Source: an uncultured Haliangium sp.
GTDB taxonomy: Bacteria > Myxococcota_A > Polyangia > HGW-17
Direction of reading: 5' to 3'
Assembly (NCBI GenBank): GCA_964601905.1
Contig: CAZRPN010000008.1
Location: forward strand, 87-64,086
Length of the DNA stretch: 64,000 nucleotides
Position 1 is the first letter of the stretch; each line of letters starts with the position of its first letter. Shown piece by piece: positions 46,048 through 53,679 of this stretch. Both the position numbers and the translations under genes were made by a program. The notes under the pieces are model-generated. The model was not told the origin of the DNA. It saw only the letters and a list, made by a program, of their open reading frames with translations, and made no database searches.

Positions 46048-48363
46048 TCAGCGGTACTGGGGATGCAGCGTGACCGTCTCCCCGGTCAGGTGCAGGATCG
46101 CCAGATCGGTCTCCGGGAGGAGGGACAGCGCCCGGAAGCCCTGCCCGGGATTCCCGATGGCCAGGCAGGAGAGGTTGGTGGGCATCGAGGGGAAGTGAAA
46201 GCGCATGACCTGCGTCGGCGGCCCGACCTTCGAGGTGGCGCCGAGGGCGGCCGAGAGCTCTCCCAGGGCGGCCAGGGCGGGCTGCGGCCAGCCGGCGGTC
46301 AGGACCGGCAGGTGGTTGCGGCAGGCTTCAGGCTGGGCGCGGCACACCTTCTTCAGGATCTCCACCGCCCGGGGATCGTAGTCCATGCCCAGGAGCAGGT
46401 TCAGCAGGACCAGCGGATGCGTCTCCTTCTCGATCCATCTCCAGACGCGCGGGTCGTTCCGGGGCTGGTGCCGCATCCAGGCGTGGGAGGTGTTGATGCG
46501 GACGCAGACGCCGCCCTTGTCATGCCAGGCGGCCAGGCGGTCGCGCGGCCAGTTGAAGCGGGCCAGCGCCAGCAGCACCTGAGGCTCGCCAGGAACCGTC
46601 CGGACGAGCTCGGCTGGCGGGGCGCCGGCGGGCAGCAGGTCGAGCCAGGCGGCCAGCATCGCGGGGGCCAGCTTGGGCACCTCCGAGGCGCCGTGCTTGG
46701 AATATTGCATCCAGAGGTGGTGCAACTGCGGGTTGGACGGCAGGCGAAACTTCCGGAAGCGCGAAAGCGGAGCCAGCTTCCGTGCGGAGGCCAGCAGGGA
46801 GAAGAAGGAAAGCTCCTTCTCGAGCTCGGGCGTCGTCAGGGGAAGCTTGTCCATGGAACTGAACAAGGCGCCGGAGAAGCGGGGCCACAGGATCTCGCTC
46901 CACAGCACGAGCTCGTCATGCTGCAGGTCCGGTCCGGCGGCGACGATCGCCGGCATGTCCTCGACGGTGGCGATGTTCTTGAGCGCCGCCAGGACGTCCC
47001 GCCGCGAGATCTTGATCTGCGGGGTCTTCAGGATCTCGAGCAGCGGCTGGATCAGCAGGCGGCTGCCGGTGGCCTCGGCGTAGCCCAGCAGCAGCATCGC
47101 CAGCTCGGGCGTGCCGCGCAGGGCGGTCAGGAACAGGGGCGCCAGACGGTCGTCCTTCCGGTGCATGAAGGTCTCGACGACGGCGGCCTTGTCGGCGGAG
47201 GTGCCGTCGTTGAAGATCTCGAATAGGAACTGGACCGGCAGCGGCTCCTTGAGGTTCCGGTAGAGCGTGGTGATGTGCGCGCCGCCGAAGTAACCCAGCC
47301 GCCAGGCCCTGCGAAGCACCTCGGGGGTGCGGGGATCGGGGGTGTTCATCAGCAGCAGGGCGCAGAAGTTCCGGATGTTGAAGTTGCTCTGCGGCGAGAG
47401 GATCCAGGTGTACAGCGGCTCGACGGAGGCGACCTGGATTTTCGGGGCCACCTCCTGCAGTTGCAGCTGGTAGCTGCCCGAGCTGGCCAGGTTCACGAAC
47501 TCCCGCAGCGTCTCGAGGTCCATGGCCCCCGAGAACAGCAGGATCACGGAGGGCAGCTCCTCGTTGGTGCTGGTGCGCACCAGGCTGAGGAAGTGGGGCT
47601 GGATCTCCGGACCGAAGGGCATCAGTTTGATGATGTCGATGCGTTCGGCGCGCGAGCCGGTCTGCAGAAGGCGCATCAGCGCGTGGCGCGCCAGCGGCAG
47701 ATCCTCGGGCCGCAGCGCCGCGATGGCCGCCTGCCGAACGATCTGCGAGTTGTCGGAGAGGCGCGAGATGATCGACAGCAGCGCCTGCTTCTGGGCCACG
47801 ACGGCCAGCGCGCGCACGGCCTCGGCGCGGACCACGTCGCGGGAATCCTCCAGCAGCTGGATCAGGGGCATCACTGAGTTGGGGATCTTCAGTTTGCCGA
47901 TCCAGGAGATGACCGCCATGCGGGTGTCCTGGTTCTCGATGCGCAAAAGGCGGAGGAAAAACGCGTGATCGGCAGGATTCTCCAGCTGGCCGAGCAGGTT
48001 GATCGCGGCGACCCGTTCCTTGGGCAGGATCGAGTGGGCGATGGTCTGGCGGATCATCGAACTGGCGTCCGGGTCCTTGTGATACACCATCACCTGCACC
48101 GCGCGGGCCGACACCTTGGCGTTCTTGTGCGTGGTCAGCGGCAGGACATAGGGCTTGATTTCGGCCCAGGGAAGGTTCTGGGCGCGGTCCAGGGCGGTCA
48201 GGATGTCCTGCACGTTCTCCGAGGAGAGGAAGCGCACGGCCTGCCGGATTTCCGGGTTCTGAGAGAAGATGCCGGGCGCGGGTGGCGCCGTCGGCACCAC
48301 CGGCACCGTCGGCGTCGCGCCGGACAGGAGCCATGACAGGGCCATCAGCAGACACGTTTTCAT
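46048..48363 (-). CDS. secreted HEAT-repeat protein (771 aa)
   Basis: ATG at 48363 overlaps the PP2C stop (ATGA). Signal MKTCLLMALSWLLSGA. HEAT-like repeats (VRAEAVRALAVV, VRQAAIAALRP). The ORF-track extension to 49983 is rejected. Confidence 0.8.
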   Translation of the reverse strand: MKTCLLMALSWLLSGATPTVPVVPTAPPAPGIFSQNPEIRQAVRFLSSENVQDILTALDRAQNLPWAEIKPYVLPLTTHKNAKVSARAVQVMVYHKDPDASSMIRQTIAHSILPKERVAAINLLGQLENPADHAFFLRLLRIENQDTRMAVISWIGKLKIPNSVMPLIQLLEDSRDVVRAEAVRALAVVAQKQALLSIISRLSDNSQIVRQAAIAALRPEDLPLARHALMRLLQTGSRAERIDIIKLMPFGPEIQPHFLSLVRTSTNEELPSVILLFSGAMDLETLREFVNLASSGSYQLQLQEVAPKIQVASVEPLYTWILSPQSNFNIRNFCALLLMNTPDPRTPEVLRRAWRLGYFGGAHITTLYRNLKEPLPVQFLFEIFNDGTSADKAAVVETFMHRKDDRLAPLFLTALRGTPELAMLLLGYAEATGSRLLIQPLLEILKTPQIKISRRDVLAALKNIATVEDMPAIVAAGPDLQHDELVLWSEILWPRFSGALFSSMDKLPLTTPELEKELSFFSLLASARKLAPLSRFRKFRLPSNPQLHHLWMQYSKHGASEVPKLAPAMLAAWLDLLPAGAPPAELVRTVPGEPQVLLALARFNWPRDRLAAWHDKGGVCVRINTSHAWMRHQPRNDPRVWRWIEKETHPLVLLNLLLGMDYDPRAVEILKKVCRAQPEACRNHLPVLTAGWPQPALAALGELSAALGATSKVGPPTQVMRFHFPSMPTNLSCLAIGNPGQGFRALSLLPETDLAILHLTGETVTLHPQYR

Positions 48364-49370
48364 GATCCGGTTCCTATGAAATACCAGACGAACAGGCCGA
48401 TGGAGATGATGGCCAGGCCGATCAGGATGGGCCAGAGCCAGGCCATCCGTTCGCTGGTCCGTCGGTCCTCCAGCGATCCCGTCGTCAGGGCCATGGTGTC
48501 GTGGAGCTTCGCCTTGTCCCGGGTGGCGAACCGGAACGGCACGGTGGGTTCGTCGATCTGGCGTGCGGACAGGCTCTCGCGGTACAGCGGCGTCCCCACG
48601 CGGATGGGCCAGTTCCGTGCGGCCTCGGGCAGCTCGCCGAAGGCGAAGAGGACCACGGTGATGTTGTCGAAACCGCCGGCCTCGTTGGCCAGGTTGACGA
48701 GGACCTTGACGGCCTCCTCCGGGGTCTCGTGGAACACGATCTCGCCGATCTCCTCGTCCTCGAGCATCCCCGAAAGGCCATCCGAGCAGAGCAGGATCCG
48801 ATCCCCGGGCAACAACTGGATCACCTCGGCGAAGGTGGGATCGGGCATGTCCATCTGTCCGAGGCAGCGCGTGAGGATGCCGCTGCTGGGGTGGTAGACC
48901 GCGTCCTCCGGGCTGACGTAGCCGGCGCGGACCAGATCCTGGACGACCGTGTGGTCCTCGGTGATCTGGCGGATGAAGCCGTCGCGCATCAGATAGGCGC
49001 GCGAGTCCCCGACGTGGGCGATGTAGGCATGATCGGCGATGACGACGCCGGCCACCACGGTGGAGCCCATGTCGCGCAGCTCGTGCTTCTCGCGGGCCTC
49101 CCGGTTCACGGCCGCGTTGGCCGACAGGATGGCGGTGCGCAGATACAGTTGGGGACTCTCGCGGAAGGCGTTGACGGACACGCCCTCGAGCTCCGACAGC
49201 ATGGTCGAGCTGACCAGGGAGCTGGCGACAGAGCCGCCCGCGTATCCACCCATGCCGTCGGCCACGACCAGGAAGGTGAAGTCGTCGGCGAGAACGCGGG
49301 TCCCCATCGAGTCCTGGTTTTCTTCCCGCATCCGGCCGATGTCGGTATGAGAGTGGATGCCGTGTGTCAA
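48360..49370 (-). CDS. PP2C-family Ser/Thr phosphatase with C-terminal membrane anchor
   Basis: Proposed TTG start at 49370, 4 nt after GGAGG, which retains PP2C motif 1 (HTDIGRMREENQDS). VADGMGG, GDSRAYL, CSDGL, DNITVV. C-terminal TM WLWPILIGLAIISIGLFVWYF. Confidence 0.85.
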   Translation of the reverse strand: MTHGIHSHTDIGRMREENQDSMGTRVLADDFTFLVVADGMGGYAGGSVASSLVSSTMLSELEGVSVNAFRESPQLYLRTAILSANAAVNREAREKHELRDMGSTVVAGVVIADHAYIAHVGDSRAYLMRDGFIRQITEDHTVVQDLVRAGYVSPEDAVYHPSSGILTRCLGQMDMPDPTFAEVIQLLPGDRILLCSDGLSGMLEDEEIGEIVFHETPEEAVKVLVNLANEAGGFDNITVVLFAFGELPEAARNWPIRVGTPLYRESLSARQIDEPTVPFRFATRDKAKLHDTMALTTGSLEDRRTSERMAWLWPILIGLAIISIGLFVWYFIGTGS

Positions 49371-49756
49371 AATGCCTCCGTGTACGCCCGCTGACTGCGC
49401 AACGAGCAGAGAGAATAAACGGATCCCGTGGAAAAATCCAGAACCAATATGATATGGGCAGGACGGGTCGGCGGCGGGGAAGAAGATGCACGGACGGACA
49501 CGGACACAGACGCGGCGGGGAGAAGAAGCACAGTCCGTGCGTCCGTGGGGCCGCCTCATTTCTTCTGCTTTCTTTCTGATTTGCTAAACGTTTTCGCAAT
49601 GGAGTCCCGTGAAAACGGATTGACGCAACGGCAGAATTGATGGTGCATTCGGGAACTGGTGTTTTCGCCACGGACAAGGAACCGGCACGATACCTCCCCG
49701 GCGGTTTACTGAATGGTCGGGCGGCGAGCGCACGTGAACAAGCGTAAATCTTGGGC

Positions 49757-51079
49757 TCAGTTCGCACTCTTTGGTGATTTCTGGTGAATCTCCCGATGAC
49801 AATCAGACTCGGCCTGCCAGGAAGAGTCAGACAGTTTACGTATCCTTCGAAATTGGACCTTGCGTGGAAGGCCGAGGGGTTTTCCCTCGGCGTCGTATTC
49901 GCGCACAAAGGTGTCGAGGGATTTGTACCACCGCCAATCCCCAGAGCTGACACCAACCCCGAAGAGGACGAAAAAGCCGCCACCGGGCCTGTGCTCGATT
50001 TGGAAGTCCTTCAACAGGATGTCTTGTTCCTTTCCGACGCAATGGGGTCTGACCAGGGTAAAAACATCCTTGTCGAACAAGGGAACCACGTCCCCATCAC
50101 CAGTTGAAAACCGCAGATTCACGTTCTGCAGGCGACAGGGAAGGAACGTAGTGTAGGATCTCATGAAAGGATTTGGATCACCCAGATCGATGGAAACCTG
50201 CGCGACACCCTTCTCGAAGAGGGATGTTTTCGCTTCCTTGAAAACCCCTTGCTTGATCTCGAGTGGCGTGCCTCCGATGAGCTCGCGGAGCCGATCCCCG
50301 ATGGGAGATTGATCCAGGAGTTTGGATCCAGACAGCCGGATCGCTTTCTGTTTCAGAGACCCCGAGGGAAGATCGATGACAGAAATGAACCACTCTCCGT
50401 AAGCCTTTTGACTGGGAATCCAGAGCACATACAGGATCTTCTCCGGGAGATTGAAGAGGTACTGAATCATCGGCTTGTCGCAAGGCGAGAGGCCCATGCA
50501 GACTTCCCCGACCTGCTGGGGTTTTCCGACGGCATTGCCATCGGGTCCGACGAGCGTGACGGCGAAGGAATAATGGGCCGCCTTGGTTACGTCCCTGGTG
50601 TGTTCGAAGCGCGCGAAGGCGAAGTGACCTTCGGAAGAGAAACTGTCAGCGTGGAACCAAGCGGAGTGAGGGAAAGACCTGGAAAAAAGCAAAGATCCAT
50701 CGGTCTTGAAGCGCTCCAGTGAGTAGCCCTTCCCGCTCCGTTTCAGGATTGACCAGGACCCGTCCTCATGAAATTGGACGCGCGAATAGTCCTTCCCCTG
50801 CACGCATCCGGGAATCCGAAGCGACTCGGTCACCGGAAAGTCCAGTGCGGATGAGATCGAGGTCGCGGGCGGCGGTGGATGGATCTCATCTCCCTTCGAG
50901 GCGATCTGGTTTCCAACCGCCGATTTCTGCTGTTTCTCTCCGGGAGGCGACATGGTTCCGGATTGTTCCGCCTGGGATTTTCCGATCCGTCCTTCACCCG
51001 GCTTCATGCCGGGTTGGCCAGGAGAGCATGCCAGGAAAACGAGGGTCAGATTGAGGATGAACAATTTCGAGCTTTTCAT
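49757..51079 (-). CDS. lipoprotein, function unknown (lower-GC gene)
   Basis: ATG at 51079. Lipobox LTLVFLAC. Low-complexity linker, then a beta-rich domain. Visibly lower G+C than its neighbours. Confidence 0.7.
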   Translation of the reverse strand: MKSSKLFILNLTLVFLACSPGQPGMKPGEGRIGKSQAEQSGTMSPPGEKQQKSAVGNQIASKGDEIHPPPPATSISSALDFPVTESLRIPGCVQGKDYSRVQFHEDGSWSILKRSGKGYSLERFKTDGSLLFSRSFPHSAWFHADSFSSEGHFAFARFEHTRDVTKAAHYSFAVTLVGPDGNAVGKPQQVGEVCMGLSPCDKPMIQYLFNLPEKILYVLWIPSQKAYGEWFISVIDLPSGSLKQKAIRLSGSKLLDQSPIGDRLRELIGGTPLEIKQGVFKEAKTSLFEKGVAQVSIDLGDPNPFMRSYTTFLPCRLQNVNLRFSTGDGDVVPLFDKDVFTLVRPHCVGKEQDILLKDFQIEHRPGGGFFVLFGVGVSSGDWRWYKSLDTFVREYDAEGKPLGLPRKVQFRRIRKLSDSSWQAESDCHREIHQKSPKSAN

Positions 51080-51128
51080 TGGCAATCCCTCCGGAAGCAG
51101 CCTCCGACAGGCGGCGGCAGGCGGCGGT

Positions 51129-53186
51129 CTACTTCGGCTTCTTCGGGGTCAGGACGTAACGCTCCTGGGCGCGCTCGAGCTCCAGCGCGCCGGGGGTGCC
51201 CTCGACGGGCGACAGTTCCAGGCCTGCCAGGGGGACCTCGGTGAAGGCGAGCACGGTCTTGCCGTCGAGGCGCTTGTAGAGCATCAGCCGGGTGCGGTAC
51301 TTGCCGAGGGTCATGACGTAATCGTCCTTCACCTTCGCGATGACCGCGTCACCGAGCTCAGGGTGGGTCAGCGTGCCCAGGAAGGGCGCCATGAACTCGG
51401 AGGTGGGGGCCGACAGGCGGGCCTTGGCCTCGGCCAGGGACTTTTTCATCTGCTCCAGGGAATAGTCCAGGGACTTCTGGGCCCGTGCCTCGGTGCCGAA
51501 CCACAACTCCACCAGGCGGCGCTGGATCGCCTTCTCGGCGAGGTGTCCGCCGGTGCCGTTGGAGATCATGACCACGCCGGCGTTCTTCTCGGGGAGGAAG
51601 GTCAAGAGCGTCGCGAACCCCATGGTGCCGCCGCTGTGGGAGACCACCAGCAGTCCCTTGGACCTGGAGACGGCCAGGCCCAGGCCGTAGGCCGAGTCGG
51701 CGTCCATCTTGACCTGGGGGGTCCGGCGGTGCAGGAGGTTCTTTTCGGAGATCACGCGCCTGCCCTCGGGGGTGACGCCGCCGGCGAGCTCGGTCATCAC
51801 GAAGCGGGCCATGTCCAGCACGTTGGACCACACGCCGCCGGAGGGTCCGATGTAGGCGGCGAAGCGCTCGTGCTCCAGGGGCACGATGCGGTGGGTCATG
51901 TCCATGTCCTGCGAGTGCGGCGTGGCGTGGTTCCTCACCTTCCTGGCGGCGTCGAGGTCGAGGAGGGTGCTTTTCATGCCCAGGGGAGTGAACACCCGCT
52001 CCTTCATGGCTCTCTCGTACGCCTTGTCCATGGTGAGCTTCGGGAACAGGACGTGGGCGCTGAGGAAGCCGCCGGCGGCCACCATGTGGTTCTGGTACTG
52101 GAAGGTCTCCTTCAGGCCGGTCGTGGGCGACATGCCGCCGAGCTCCTTGAGGCAGTCCGAGGCGGTCTTGCCCCAGAACGACAGGATCAGCGGCAGATCC
52201 TTGCGTGGCAAACCCGCGCAGGCGCAGACCAGCTGCTCCATCGTGAGCGCCCCGGCGAGCTTGGCGTCCCCCAGCGCGAACGCCGGGTACACGTCCTTGA
52301 CGGGCTTCTCCCACGCCAGCTTGCCGTCGTCGACCAGGGTCCCCATCATGAGCGTGGTCAGGGACTTCGTCACCGAGCCGATCATCATGAGGGTCTCCGG
52401 GGTGACGGGGTCGGCCTTGCCCAGCTCGCGCACGCCGAAGCCCTCGGCGAAGACGATCTTGCCGTTCTCGACCACGGCGATGGACAGTCCGGGGACGCCG
52501 GTGGCCTTGATCGTCTCGCGGATGAAGGTGCGGAATGCCTCGGCGTTTCCGGCCAGCGGCTGCAGGGGCTTGTCCTTCAGGTTCTCCTCCTCCACGCCGG
52601 GGGCCTTCATGCCGGTGATGAAGGTCATCACCTGGGCCGCGCGGCGGTCGATGGCCGCCGTCGGCGCGCGCAGGATCACGACCCAGATCCGCTGGCCCTT
52701 GCGGCGCGCGATGGCCTGGGCGATGTTCTTGTCGGCCGTGGGCACGTAGATCTCCGCGTAGACCTCGTCGAAGCCGCCCGTCGGCGGCGGGTTCACGGCC
52801 TTCTCCAGGGTCCATTTCTCCTCCGGCGCGACGAGCTTCCACGCTGCGGCCACGGCCGGCGCGCAACTGGCGCCGTCGAGCTCGACGGCCGACACCATCA
52901 CCTGGTTGTCCGGCTCGATCAGTTTCACGACGTTTCCGCGGCGCTCGGCGGTGAACCGTTCGGGCACCGGGAAGGTGGCGCCGCCGACGGTGGCGATGGT
53001 GCACGGTCCGGTGCACGCGGCGTCCGGCGCCTGCGTGACCGGCGGCTTCACGGGCTCGGCCGGCTTGTCGACCTTGGCCGGCGGCGGCGGTGTGGCCGTC
53101 AGGATCCGGGTCTTGTCGCGGTGACAGGCGGACAGGGGGAAGGTCAGGAGAATCATTGCCAATACAACATGATGCCGAAATTTCAT
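51129..53186 (-). CDS. lipoprotein with serine-hydrolase (class C beta-lactamase/PBP-like) domain flanked by extra N- and C-terminal domains
   Basis: ATG at 53186. Lipobox FPLSAC. SxxK = SVTKS, YxN = YQN, HSG triad element (VSHSGGT). Confidence 0.85.
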   Translation of the reverse strand: MKFRHHVVLAMILLTFPLSACHRDKTRILTATPPPPAKVDKPAEPVKPPVTQAPDAACTGPCTIATVGGATFPVPERFTAERRGNVVKLIEPDNQVMVSAVELDGASCAPAVAAAWKLVAPEEKWTLEKAVNPPPTGGFDEVYAEIYVPTADKNIAQAIARRKGQRIWVVILRAPTAAIDRRAAQVMTFITGMKAPGVEEENLKDKPLQPLAGNAEAFRTFIRETIKATGVPGLSIAVVENGKIVFAEGFGVRELGKADPVTPETLMMIGSVTKSLTTLMMGTLVDDGKLAWEKPVKDVYPAFALGDAKLAGALTMEQLVCACAGLPRKDLPLILSFWGKTASDCLKELGGMSPTTGLKETFQYQNHMVAAGGFLSAHVLFPKLTMDKAYERAMKERVFTPLGMKSTLLDLDAARKVRNHATPHSQDMDMTHRIVPLEHERFAAYIGPSGGVWSNVLDMARFVMTELAGGVTPEGRRVISEKNLLHRRTPQVKMDADSAYGLGLAVSRSKGLLVVSHSGGTMGFATLLTFLPEKNAGVVMISNGTGGHLAEKAIQRRLVELWFGTEARAQKSLDYSLEQMKKSLAEAKARLSAPTSEFMAPFLGTLTHPELGDAVIAKVKDDYVMTLGKYRTRLMLYKRLDGKTVLAFTEVPLAGLELSPVEGTPGALELERAQERYVLTPKKPK

Positions 53187-53443
53187 AGCAATACCCTTTC
53201 GGTGGAGCGGAGGAACGTCAGCGGATCCCCGGTCCAACGGGGTGACAGTATCGACTTGAGAGGGAAAAGAAAAGAGTTAAGAATTTGCTTACAGGGTCCG
53301 GTGCCTGGGCGAACCGGACAGGCCTGGCGGACGGGGTTTTTCCTTTACTTTGGCCGGTCATATGCTACCAATGCCGCACTCGGCCGCAATGGTCGATGTC
53401 CCTTGTTGAAAAAGGGTATTTTCGCGTCAAGGCAGGTGATTTC

Positions 53444-53632
53444 ATGCTCGCGTCTTCGGTTGGAGTGAAGGTATTTGCGGCCACCAAGGCCAAGGAGAGG
53501 GAGGAGCTCGGCGACGCCGTCTCCCTGTGGCTGCGGCAGCACGATTGTCCGGAGATTCTGGACACCCAGGTCAATCAGAGCTCGGACAACGACTACCACT
53601 GCCTTTCGATCACGGTAATCTACAAGAAATAG
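53444..53632 (+). CDS. small hypothetical protein (62 aa)
   Basis: ATG preceded by AGGCAGGTGAT. VKVFAATKAKEREELGDAVSLWLRQH...SSDNDYHCLSITVIYKK looks like a compact alpha/beta protein. The start choice is uncertain. Confidence 0.5.
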   Translation: MLASSVGVKVFAATKAKEREELGDAVSLWLRQHDCPEILDTQVNQSSDNDYHCLSITVIYKK

Positions 53633-53641
53633 CTGCGTCCG

Positions 53642-53660
53642 GCGGCCTGTCGCAGGCCGC
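53642..53660 (+). promoter_or_regulatory. perfect 8-bp GC stem with 3-nt loop (GCGGCCTG-TCG-CAGGCCGC) 20 nt upstream of the ileS ATG
   Basis: Read directly. No U-tract follows, so the role (terminator, attenuator or processing site) is open. Confidence 0.35.
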
Positions 53661-53679
53661 ACGCCCGGGATGATTGCAC

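Noticed and set aside
53238-53679. T-box leader upstream of ileS
   Set aside because: There is no GGTGGTACCGCG-like T-box sequence or specifier-loop architecture. The region is instead occupied by a small ORF.
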